Part shown: positions 47,365 through 56,022 of the stretch, piece by piece
How positions within the stretch are numbered: position 1 is the stretch's first letter
Layout of the letters: the number at the start of each line of letters is the position of its first letter
Assembly: GCA_038869895.1 (NCBI GenBank)
Contig: JAWCQE010000001.1
Span: forward strand, 121,879-185,878
Length of the DNA stretch: 64,000 bases
Direction: 5' to 3'
Source of the DNA: Candidatus Pacearchaeota archaeon
GTDB taxonomy: Archaea; Nanobdellota; Nanobdellia; Pacearchaeales; GW2011-AR1
Program-made: the position numbers and the translations under genes
Notes under the pieces: generated by a model
What the model was told of the DNA's origin: nothing
What the model saw: only the letters and a program-made list of their open reading frames with translations
The model's database searches: none

Positions 47365-48495
47365 ATGATGGATGAAGAAAAAGAGGAATTATCCTACTCT
47401 AGCAAAGGTTTCCAGCATTATTCTTCAAGTAACGAAGAACTTGCTTCAATTGATAGGGAATTAGAAGAACTTATTAAAAAACAAAATGCAAAAATTAAAG
47501 TTGTCGGTATAGGTGGTGGCGGGAATAATACTTTGAGTAGGATATATGAGATAGGTGTAAAAGGAGGAGAGATGATAGCGATGAATACAGACGCTCAAGA
47601 TTTGCTTTATACTAACTCTGATAAAAAAATTCTTTTAGGGAGAGAGTTAACGCGGGGATTAGGGGCCGGAAGCAATCCACAAATAGGAGAAGAAGCTGCA
47701 AAAGAAACGGAACATGAAATAAAAAAGAAACTTGAAGGGGCAGATATGGTTTTTATAACCTGTGGATTGGGGGGGGGAACAGGAACTGGTGCTGCGCCGA
47801 TAGTTGCTGATATAGCTAAAAAACAAGGTTCTCTCGTTATAGGAGTTGTTACAATGCCATTTACAATTGAAGGAGAAAAGAGAATAGAAAATGCGCTAAT
47901 GGGCCTTGAAAAACTTGAGAATATTGTTGATACATTAATAGTAATTCCAAATGATAAACTTCTCGAAATAGTGCCAGATCTTCCACTTCAGACTGCATTT
48001 AAAGTTGCAGATGAGATTCTTACAAATGCGGTTAAAGGAATAGCTGAGATGGTTACAAAAGCGGGATTAGTCAATCTTGATTTTGCTGATATTAAAACAA
48101 TAATGTCAAATGGAGGAGTTTCATTAATAGGAGTCGGTGAGTCAGATTCAGAGAGGAGAGCATTTGAGGCTGTTGACAAAGCACTTAATAATCCTTTACT
48201 TGATGTTGATATTTCAAATTCAAAAGGAGCCCTTGTAAATATCGTCGGAGGGCCTGACTTGAGTTTAGAAGAATCAAAAATTGTTATGGAAGAAGTTGGA
48301 AAAAATTTGGGGGACAATGCAAGAATGATTTGGGGGGCCCAAATATCTCAGGATATGGAAAAGACTGTAAGAGTGACAGTTATAATAACAGGAGTAAAAA
48401 GTCCGCAGATTTTGGGATATAGACGCGAAACTACAAAAGAAGAACGTATGAAATCAGAACTTTCAAATGAACTCGGCATTAAATTTCTTAAGTGA
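47365..48495 (+). CDS. ftsZ: Cell division GTPase FtsZ
   Basis: It carries GIGGGGNN, the tubulin signature [10 protein letters not shown], and NTDAQ/T7-loop region NLDFAD. Confidence 0.95.
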   Translation: MMDEEKEELSYSSKGFQHYSSSNEELASIDRELEELIKKQNAKIKVVGIGGGGNNTLSRIYEIGVKGGEMIAMNTDAQDLLYTNSDKKILLGRELTRGLGAGSNPQIGEEAAKETEHEIKKKLEGADMVFITCGLGGGTGTGAAPIVADIAKKQGSLVIGVVTMPFTIEGEKRIENALMGLEKLENIVDTLIVIPNDKLLEIVPDLPLQTAFKVADEILTNAVKGIAEMVTKAGLVNLDFADIKTIMSNGGVSLIGVGESDSERRAFEAVDKALNNPLLDVDISNSKGALVNIVGGPDLSLEESKIVMEEVGKNLGDNARMIWGAQISQDMEKTVRVTVIITGVKSPQILGYRRETTKEERMKSELSNELGIKFLK

Positions 48496-48692
48496 TTTAA
48501 ATAGATAATTTATTCATATTTTTTATTTTATTATAGGTTAATATATTTGTAATTAATTAAGAATGCAAAAATGGGTGTAATTTACTTATTATATTAATAT
48601 TAAAATTAACAATAGTTTGTATCGTAGGTTGTTTATGATAATATCATCCAAAATTTAAAAATCTTTAAATACTCCTCATGATTTAATTTTTC

Positions 48693-48869
48693 ATGACATT
48701 TGATTTCAAATCATTTTTCAATAAATGCATCAGAGTATGGCACCTTTTGAAAAAACCCACAAGAGAAGAATTTATTTTAATAGCCAAAATTTCAGCAGTT
48801 GGCATAGTAATCATGGGGTTGGCAGGATTTTTAATTTCAACTGTAGTAAGATCAATCCTTCCAAGATAA
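48693..48869 (+). CDS. secE: Protein translocase subunit SecE/Sec61-gamma, 58 aa; below the ORF-track size cut-off
   Basis: Hand translation gives MTFDFKSFFNKCIRVWHLLKKPTREEFILIAKISAVGIVIMGLAGFLISTVVRSILPR. It has a KP.R.EF motif plus a single TM helix. Its position immediately upstream of spt5/nusG and rpl11 is the conserved one. Confidence 0.7.
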   Translation: MTFDFKSFFNKCIRVWHLLKKPTREEFILIAKISAVGIVIMGLAGFLISTVVRSILPR

Positions 48870-49037
48870 CATTAATTTATTATATTAATGAGTTGTTTTA
48901 ACCAATAATAAGTTATTGATTCTCCAAATAAATAATTTTTTTTACAATGTTCACCAAAAGTTTAATAAATACTACTAAACATTTAAAAATACTACTTCTA
49001 ATCTATTGGAAGTAGAGATAGATTTACTGGAGTTTAA

Positions 49038-49508
49038 ATGATTTTTGTTGTTAAAGTAACCACAAACAAAGAAGATAAAATAGTTGAAATGATAGCTTCG
49101 CAAGTTATGAAGAAGAGGCTTTATGTTTATGCAGTTGTTAGGCCAAAGGGACTTAGAGGATATGTATTACTTGAAGCAAGAGATAGGGATAGTGCAGAAG
49201 AAGCATGCTTTAATCTCCCTTATGTAAAGGGAATTATAGGGAAAACAGTCGAATATGATGAGATAAAAAATATGGTTGAGCCAAAAATAAGCGTAATTAA
49301 TATTGAGAAAGAAGATATTGTTGAAATTTTGTCAGACCCCTTTAAAAAAGAGAAAGCCAAAGTTGTTAGGATTGATAAACAGAAGGGAGAAGTAGTGGTA
49401 AGTCTTCTCGGAGCTGTTGTACAAATTCCTTTAACCCTCCCAATAGAGAATGTGAAAGTAATAAGAAGAAACATTGATAAAGCAGAGGAGATAAAAAATG
49501 ATAGTTAA
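49038..49508 (+). CDS. spt5: Transcription elongation factor Spt5 (NusG)
   Basis: The NGN domain reads IFVVKVTTNKE......RGYVLLEA. The C-terminal KOW region reads ...AKVVRIDKQKGEVVVSLLGAVVQIPLTL. Confidence 0.85.
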   Translation: MIFVVKVTTNKEDKIVEMIASQVMKKRLYVYAVVRPKGLRGYVLLEARDRDSAEEACFNLPYVKGIIGKTVEYDEIKNMVEPKISVINIEKEDIVEILSDPFKKEKAKVVRIDKQKGEVVVSLLGAVVQIPLTLPIENVKVIRRNIDKAEEIKNDS

Positions 49509-50169
49509 ACTTCTTATAGAAGGGGGAAATATGGCTCCCTCTCCTGTAATTGCACAGCAATTAGGTCCTATTGGAATAAATATCGGACAATTAATTTCAA
49601 AAGTTAATGAGGCTACAAAGGAGTTTAAGGGAATTAAAGTTCCAGTTGAATTAGATATTGATCCAGGAAAGAAAAATTTTACTATAAATATTAAATCCCC
49701 TCCTGTTGCAGAATTAATTAAAAAAGAGTTGGGTTTGGAAAAAGGTTCTGGAGACCATAAAAATCTTAAGGTAGGCAATATTGCTATTGAACAAATTATT
49801 AAAATAGCAAAAATGAAGCTTCCTGAAATGCTTGAAAGAGATTTGAAGGCAATGGTTAAAACAATTGTAGGGTGTTGTGTAAGTTTAGGAGTTTTAATTG
49901 ACAATAAAAATCCTATTGATGTTGAAAGAGAAATTTCAGAAGGCAGATATGATAGAGAAATAAAGAGTGAAAAGACAGAAGTGGATGATAAAAAGAAGAA
50001 AGAACTTGATAGATTCTTTTCTGATATAAAAAGAAAGCAAGATGCCAGACTAAAAGCTGAAGAAGAGGCGAAAGCGGCTAAAGAATCTAAAGAGACTACT
50101 ACAAAAGTAGAAAAAGATAATATGGATAAAACAAAAGTAAAGACAATAACAGAAACAAAGAAAAAATAG
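49498..50169 (+). CDS. rpl11: 50S ribosomal protein uL11 with a ~70-aa Lys/Glu-rich C-terminal extension
   Basis: The core carries ...GG.MAPSPVIAQQLGPIGINIGQ... and ...IKSPPVAELIKKELG.EKGSG... . The tail DDKKKKELDRFF...KAEEEAKAAKESKE...KKK is additional to the usual ~160-aa protein. Confidence 0.9.
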   Translation: MIVKLLIEGGNMAPSPVIAQQLGPIGINIGQLISKVNEATKEFKGIKVPVELDIDPGKKNFTINIKSPPVAELIKKELGLEKGSGDHKNLKVGNIAIEQIIKIAKMKLPEMLERDLKAMVKTIVGCCVSLGVLIDNKNPIDVEREISEGRYDREIKSEKTEVDDKKKKELDRFFSDIKRKQDARLKAEEEAKAAKESKETTTKVEKDNMDKTKVKTITETKKK

Positions 50170-50337
50170 ATTTTTTACAATATTTTATCTAACGGAAATA
50201 AATTTGTTAAATAAGAATTGACAGATTAATTTAAAATAATTTATGTGGGGGAATTACTTTTGATAATTTGTAATTAAATCCATTAAATCCTACAGCAAGA
50301 TTTATTAATGAAATAAAATCATAGAAATTATATATTT

Positions 50338-50411
50338 GGGGCCATGGGCTAGTCTGGTTATGCTTCGAGGTTTGGGACTTCGCGACCCCGGTTCAAATCC
50401 GGGTGGCCCCA
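50338..50411 (+). tRNA. tRNA-Pro (anticodon TGG)
   Basis: Hand-folded cloverleaf. The acceptor is GGGGCCA/TGGCCCC with discriminator A. The anticodon stem is CGAGG/CTTCG with loop TTTGGGA (G37). The T arm is CCCGG-TTCAAAT-CCGGG. Confidence 0.85.
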
Positions 50412-50440
50412 TTTTCAGAGCCAATCATTTAAAAAATTTA

Positions 50441-50989
50441 TTAGTTAATAGATTTTCTTTTTTCAAGTATTTTTTTTAACTTCAACCATTTATCTTTGCT
50501 TACAATATATCCTATACAATTTTCAGCTTTGCAATAGCATGGGTGTTTCTCAAAATCATCAATATTATATCCATAGTCATAACTTAATTCTTCGCCATTT
50601 TTTATATTCCTTAGTGATTTAATCCAGATTTTTCCGTTAATAATTTCTGCTTCGCAGTTTGGATTGCATGAATGATTTATAAATCTGGCAGAGTTATATG
50701 GAACATTGCCATCTATATCATATTTTTTATTAAGTTCAAAAATATAAACCGCCCCTTTATTTTTATCAGATTTATTTTTTTTAAAATCCCTTTTTGCGAT
50801 TTTTTCAGACGCTTTTTTTGTAATTTTTCTGCCGATATATTCTATAATTTTCGTTCCTTTTGGAATGTCTTTAACTGCAAAAACTCCAAAATTATGTATG
50901 GAAGAATTTTTTATTTCAATAAATTCATTTGTTGTTCGAATTTCTTTATTTTTAATCTCGTTATTTTTTTGTATATTTATTTGTTTCAT
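50441..50989 (-). CDS. SET-domain protein lysine methyltransferase with post-SET Cys cluster
   Basis: ...IHNFGVFA..DI.KGT.IIEYIG..I... , ...ARFINHSCNPNC... and ...GEELSYDYGY...HPCYCKAENCIGYI give the canonical SET (NHSC, ELxYDY) and post-SET CxCxxxxC motifs. Confidence 0.8.
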   Translation of the reverse strand: MKQINIQKNNEIKNKEIRTTNEFIEIKNSSIHNFGVFAVKDIPKGTKIIEYIGRKITKKASEKIAKRDFKKNKSDKNKGAVYIFELNKKYDIDGNVPYNSARFINHSCNPNCEAEIINGKIWIKSLRNIKNGEELSYDYGYNIDDFEKHPCYCKAENCIGYIVSKDKWLKLKKILEKRKSIN

Positions 50990-51070
50990 ATTTAAATTTA
51001 AAAAATTTTATTATTAATCAGAAATTTTTTATTTAAAAAGTTTTATAAATATTCTATAAATATTTAATTT

Positions 51071-51994
51071 ATGAATAAAGTTCATATTTTGCTGTTTTAT
51101 AAGTTTGTAGATATAAAATATCCCGAAACATTTAGAAAAAGACATTTAAAATTACTAAATATCCTTGGTGTTAAAGGAAGGGTTCTAATCGCTAAAGAAG
51201 GGATAAATGGAAGCATTTCTGGGAGCAGGGAACAGATTGAAAAATACAAAGAAGAATTAAAAAAGGATAAAAGATTTGAAGATATAACTTTTAAGGAAGA
51301 AGTAGGATTAGAACATCCTTTTAGAAGAACGAAAGTCTTAGTAAGGAAGGAAATTGTTGCAATAGGAAAAAAAATTGATTTGAACAATAAGGCTCCTTAT
51401 ATTTCTGCAGAGGAACTTAAACAATTATATGGTTCTGGCGCGGACTTTGTAATTTTAGATGCAAGGAATTATTATGAATATGAAGTTGGTAAATTTGAAA
51501 GTGCAATTCACCTTAATATTAAAACATTTCGCGAATTTCCACAAGCTATTAGAAAAATTGAAAATTTAAAAGATAAAAAAATAATAACTTATTGCACAGG
51601 CGGTATTAGATGCGAGAAAGCCAGTGCTGTTTTAAAATTGAATGGTTTTAAAGAGGTTTATCAATTGAAGGACGGGATAATTAACTTTGCACAAAAATTT
51701 CCAAATACCTATTGGGTAGGGAAATGTTTCGTTTTTGATAAGAGGCTCGTGAGTGATGTCAATAATACTGGGGAGACGATAAGTAATTGTCTTACTTGCA
51801 ATGTTTCAAGTGATTTATATAGAAACTGCAGAAATATTCATTGTGACAGACTATTTATTCAGTGCAAAAAATGTCAAGAAAGTTTTAGTGGTTGTTGTTC
51901 AAAAGAATGTCTTGAAGTATTTAAAATCCAATGCTTAGTTAAAAGTATTAAGAATCAAGGAAGAAAAATAAAGGAGAATGAAACATTAGAATAA
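51071..51994 (+). CDS. trhO: Rhodanese-domain protein of the UPF0176/TrhO (YceA) family with a C-terminal Cys-rich tail
   Basis: ...ILLFYKF......RVLIAKEGINGSISG... is followed by the rhodanese active-site loop YCTGGIRCEKAS. The C-terminal region is rich in CxxC motifs. Confidence 0.8.
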   Translation: MNKVHILLFYKFVDIKYPETFRKRHLKLLNILGVKGRVLIAKEGINGSISGSREQIEKYKEELKKDKRFEDITFKEEVGLEHPFRRTKVLVRKEIVAIGKKIDLNNKAPYISAEELKQLYGSGADFVILDARNYYEYEVGKFESAIHLNIKTFREFPQAIRKIENLKDKKIITYCTGGIRCEKASAVLKLNGFKEVYQLKDGIINFAQKFPNTYWVGKCFVFDKRLVSDVNNTGETISNCLTCNVSSDLYRNCRNIHCDRLFIQCKKCQESFSGCCSKECLEVFKIQCLVKSIKNQGRKIKENETLE

Positions 51995-52449
51995 ATTTTT
52001 AATTATTTGGTTATTTTTTATGTATTTTATAAGAAGAATAGTTCTTTATTTTACCTCACTCTTAGGGTTCTTATTTAAAGAACATTTCCTATTCGTAGGC
52101 AAGGCATCATTTTAAAATTTTTTATCTTCATTAACCACGATTATACTTTTGTTTCCATACTTAAAACAATTCTAATATTGCTAAATTATATATGACTTAT
52201 CTATATAAAGCAGAACAATATTTATCAATAATTCTGGCTGGTAAAAGATGAGATACTCTTTCTAATCTCCCTTAACAATTTTAGTTTTATATTATGGTAT
52301 TAGTTTTAATTATCTATTCTTCTGATGCACCTATATCAAACTTCACGAAAATTGTGTGGAATAAATGTTCACATCCACTGCAGTTGCCTCTGTCTGAGAA
52401 CTAATCTTTTTTAAGACAAATTCCTAATTCTTCTTTTGAAACTTTTATT

Positions 52450-53238
52450 TTACTTTGTATTTTTTATTGCCTTATCGAATAAGTCTGTAAAAGATTGAAC
52501 AAAAAAAGGAGATGAAAACCATACAGCCATTTGTTCATTGTTATCGTCGCTGTCATTAAGCATGAAAAGAACATTATTTCTGTCAGAAATATAGAATGAG
52601 GAATTTATACCCACTTTTTTAGCTTTTATCCCGAGTTTTTCATTTATTGATTTTATTTCGTCATCTACTCCATTGAGAGCAACAATAAGTTTTACATTTG
52701 ATTTTGAAATCTGTTTAAGGATTGGTTCAAGAAGTTTTATCCTTTTTTTTATTTCTGTAACAGGCCCGCATATAATTATTTCTTTGCTTCCAGATGTTAT
52801 CAAATCAGAAATATGTGAGTTTATATTTGTTCTTCCTTTTATTGTTCCAGACACGTCCTGTTTTTTTATAAGATTAGTCGTAGTTGAATGAAGCATTTCA
52901 AGTTCTTTGTATTCATTCGTATCTTTTATATTTGAGAGCATATCAAGTTTTTCATTCATTTCATCAAGAGCATTTTTCTTAAGTTTTTCTATGACAATAG
53001 TTGGTTTCACTGCAAAATACTTTACTGGTTTACCTATTTTTTGCATTGCAAATCCTTGCTTTTCCAATGATTCCAAAACATCATAAGTTCTGCTTCTTGG
53101 CACTCCTGAGAGTTCTGCGATTTCTCCCGCAGAGGCCATACCTTTTGAAAGCAAAGCAAGCCAAACTTTAGTTTCATAAATATTAAGATTAAAATAATTT
53201 TTCACTTTATTTACTAGTTCTTGTTTTATTATTGTCAT
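52450..53238 (-). CDS. TrmB-family transcriptional regulator
   Basis: The N-terminal wHTH reads LNIYETKVWLALLSKGMASAGEIAELSGVPRSRTYDVLESLEKQGF. The size is ~260 aa, with a C-terminal effector-type domain. Confidence 0.8.
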   Translation of the reverse strand: MTIIKQELVNKVKNYFNLNIYETKVWLALLSKGMASAGEIAELSGVPRSRTYDVLESLEKQGFAMQKIGKPVKYFAVKPTIVIEKLKKNALDEMNEKLDMLSNIKDTNEYKELEMLHSTTTNLIKKQDVSGTIKGRTNINSHISDLITSGSKEIIICGPVTEIKKRIKLLEPILKQISKSNVKLIVALNGVDDEIKSINEKLGIKAKKVGINSSFYISDRNNVLFMLNDSDDNNEQMAVWFSSPFFVQSFTDLFDKAIKNTK

Positions 53239-53681
53239 TTTATCACACCTAGTCTATTTAATCCCTCTAAATAGTTTTCTTCAATGTCCCTAGGATTCAT
53301 TAAGATTATTTTTTCATTGTCTGTTTCAATCATTCCTACATAAAAAACAGGAATTTCATGATTTCCTAATTTACCATAAAATCCAATTTCACCCATGCCA
53401 TAAAATTTAATTGGACTTTTATTTTCCAATGAAAAAACTTTTTTTAAATTAGAAAATAAATCCATTTTTCCTTGACTTATACAATAAATTGGTTTGTCTT
53501 TGTTATAAATTAACCATGAAATAATTCCATCTTCATTATAATTTAATGCTATTGGGGCCCCATCAATCATTTCTTTATATGAGTTTTTGTCAATTCCATT
53601 GCACCCCCAAATAATTCTTGCTAATCCTAGTATTCCCATTGCCTTAAGAAAATGTCTCCTATCCATAGGTTTTTTTGTCAT
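53235..53681 (-). CDS. Tat-signal putative lipoprotein, hypothetical
   Basis: I prefer the start at MTKKPMDRRHFLKAMGILGLARIIWGC, which has a twin-Arg motif plus Cys and is preceded by AAAGGT. Its stop overlaps the TrmB start by 4 nt. Confidence 0.45.
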   Translation of the reverse strand: MTKKPMDRRHFLKAMGILGLARIIWGCNGIDKNSYKEMIDGAPIALNYNEDGIISWLIYNKDKPIYCISQGKMDLFSNLKKVFSLENKSPIKFYGMGEIGFYGKLGNHEIPVFYVGMIETDNEKIILMNPRDIEENYLEGLNRLGVIK

Positions 53682-53894
53682 ACCTTTCAAGTGAAAAATA
53701 GTATTTATAAATCTTTCCATTTTGTTACTTTTTATAAGTAAAGACAAGCTTAAAAAGCTAAAAAATTATAAATGTTTAATGCAAATAAAATATATAGGAT
53801 TTTTAAATTTAAATGAACAAAAGAGAGAAAGTTATAAAATTGGGGTATTTTTAATTTGAAAATAAAAAAATCGATTTATTATTAGAATAATAAG

Positions 53895-54245
53895 ATGAAT
53901 CTGAGAGAATCTTTAAAGACTTTAATTTTAAGTGAATATAGAAATACAATTTTAGAGCTAAAGTTATTAAAATATTTAGAAGATTCAATAGAGTTTTATA
54001 ATGAAATAGTAGAAGAAAAAGTAGATAATACGCAAAATTATGGGCAGATTTATGATAATATTTATTATATGAAAGAAAAAGTAGAGTTGTATGCAAGAAA
54101 AAGTTGGAGACTGAAATATAAAAATGATGGTGAGAGAAGAAATAAAATTATATCTATACAGCAACTATATTTTATTGCCTCAAATATTTTGCAGGATATT
54201 CAAAATGAAATTAAGAGTATGAAAAATATCCAGAAAAATAGCTAG
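53895..54245 (+). CDS. Hypothetical helical protein
   Basis: This is a 116-aa ORF. No family was recognised, and its composition is close to the AT-rich background. Confidence 0.3.
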   Translation: MNLRESLKTLILSEYRNTILELKLLKYLEDSIEFYNEIVEEKVDNTQNYGQIYDNIYYMKEKVELYARKSWRLKYKNDGERRNKIISIQQLYFIASNILQDIQNEIKSMKNIQKNS

Positions 54246-54904
54246 ATACAATAAAAACTATTTGAAAATAGTTAAAAATAAAATTTATAAAATTGTGTTT
54301 AGGTATGGTAAAATGAGAAAGGCAATGTTAATTTTGTCAATATTTTTATTATCTCTTTTTTTTATTTTTTTATAATTTTAGTTTCATCCAAATTAAACAT
54401 AAATGAATAATGGATAAATGAAATTGGATGTGAAGGATTGGGATTAATAGTATAGGAGATTTAATAACGAAAATAGAACATGTAAACATATTTTTAGAAG
54501 AATGTAAAATTTTTCTGCCGAAAAAATTGCAAAATTTGTTGGATATGGAGATATAGAAATAAAAATGACTGACGACTCGACAGAATGTTATATGCAAACC
54601 TTGATGACAATCAGATTAAAAGCGTAAATCTTGAAAATATATCAAAGGAAGGATACTCAATTTTAATTGAGCAAGAAATTGCAAATTCAATTATAAAACA
54701 AGAAAACATGCCAATCACAAAATTTTGATGGTATATAAAGAGAAAAAAACTATTAATGGGAGCACTTTTATTAATAAAACGAAGATATTAATCATTAAAT
54801 TTTTTATCTGAATTATAAGTTAATAATTATTGCTAATCTTCTTCATAGAGTATCTCTAATTTATTTTGTTATTACCTAAATTAGAAAAATTAATTTATCT
54901 AAAA

Positions 54905-55873
54905 TTAAATTAGATATGCGACAATCATCCCCGCAAATAATCCGCCAGTTATAAACGGCATTGCAGGATAAAATTTACCTTTTTGTGAGTAAATAAATAA
55001 AAGCAACAATGCTATAGTAGCTCCAAGAACGACTACTAAAGCATGAAAAATTCCGAGAGAACGTAAAATAATGCCTGCAGTTATTATTGGAAAGACAACA
55101 TCTCCCCCACCAAGTATTGCGAGATTAATTCTTATTTTTTTCTCGTCTATTTTTTTACCTTTTTTCATTTCCTTTTTTGCCTCTCTAATTTTTTCCCTTT
55201 GTTTTTTGTTTAAATAAGGAATAAAAAACCCTCCAAAAATTTTTAGTTCATTAATCTGAAATTTTGCCATTTTCTGCATAAATCCAGAATGCCATACTGC
55301 CCATGCATCATATAAAGAGATTAAAATTAAAAGGATAATTATTGTCCAAACAGAAAGCAAAGGAACGAAAACCGCTGCGATTCCTGGATAAATTAAAAGT
55401 TCTGTAAAGTTATGGACTAAAATATTTCTTTTGAAAATTTTGTAAATTGCAAGGGGGAGTGCAATAACTAGGGCTAGTAAGGCCGAAATAGAATAGTTAT
55501 AGTTGCCTATTAAAAATGAATTTGGAATAATCTGTATAAGGAAAGCATTAAAAGTTATTCCTAATACTAAAGTTACGATGATAAAAAACCATGCCTTAAT
55601 GAATATTGCTGCCTTGAATTTCATAAGAATTAGAATTATAAATATTGCAATTACAAATGCTATAATAATTGAAGTTAAAGAAGTTTTTTTATTTATTTCT
55701 TCAGGCGGCTCTAAATTGTATGGTAGCGGATTTGTTGTTACATTGACAATATTTCCATCAACTTCCACTTGTTTTACATTTGGAGTATATGCATAAATAA
55801 CAGCCAACCCTATTAACTGGGTTATTAAAAACATTAAAATTAAAATAAATGTTATTTTAATATTGTGTTTCAT
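54905..55873 (-). CDS. Presenilin/signal-peptide-peptidase homolog (A22 intramembrane aspartyl protease)
   Basis: It is polytopic, with LISLYDAWAVW (YD), a Lys-rich loop, LGGGDVVFP (GxGD) and a C-terminal YPAMPFITGG (PAL-like) motif. Confidence 0.75.
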   Translation of the reverse strand: MKHNIKITFILILMFLITQLIGLAVIYAYTPNVKQVEVDGNIVNVTTNPLPYNLEPPEEINKKTSLTSIIIAFVIAIFIILILMKFKAAIFIKAWFFIIVTLVLGITFNAFLIQIIPNSFLIGNYNYSISALLALVIALPLAIYKIFKRNILVHNFTELLIYPGIAAVFVPLLSVWTIIILLILISLYDAWAVWHSGFMQKMAKFQINELKIFGGFFIPYLNKKQREKIREAKKEMKKGKKIDEKKIRINLAILGGGDVVFPIITAGIILRSLGIFHALVVVLGATIALLLLFIYSQKGKFYPAMPFITGGLFAGMIVAYLI

Positions 55874-56022
55874 TTTTTACTCACAATAAAAACAAGGAAA
55901 AGTTAGTTTTTAAAGTTTGGCGAGATTTATTTAGTATGTTAAACATTATTGTTTAAACAAAATTTAATTTTTGCATTAAATAGATTTTAATTACTTATTA
56001 AATAATTTTGGTTTTTAATCAT

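Noticed and set aside
52318-52400. Candidate C/D-box sRNA: cTGATGCa at 52323-52328, CTGA at 52394-52397, and flanking ttc/gaa complementarity.
   Set aside because: The C box is imperfect (UGAUGC), the C-to-D distance (~70 nt) is longer than typical archaeal sRNAs, and I could not identify convincing C'/D' boxes. It is worth an snoscan-type check but is not supportable by eye.
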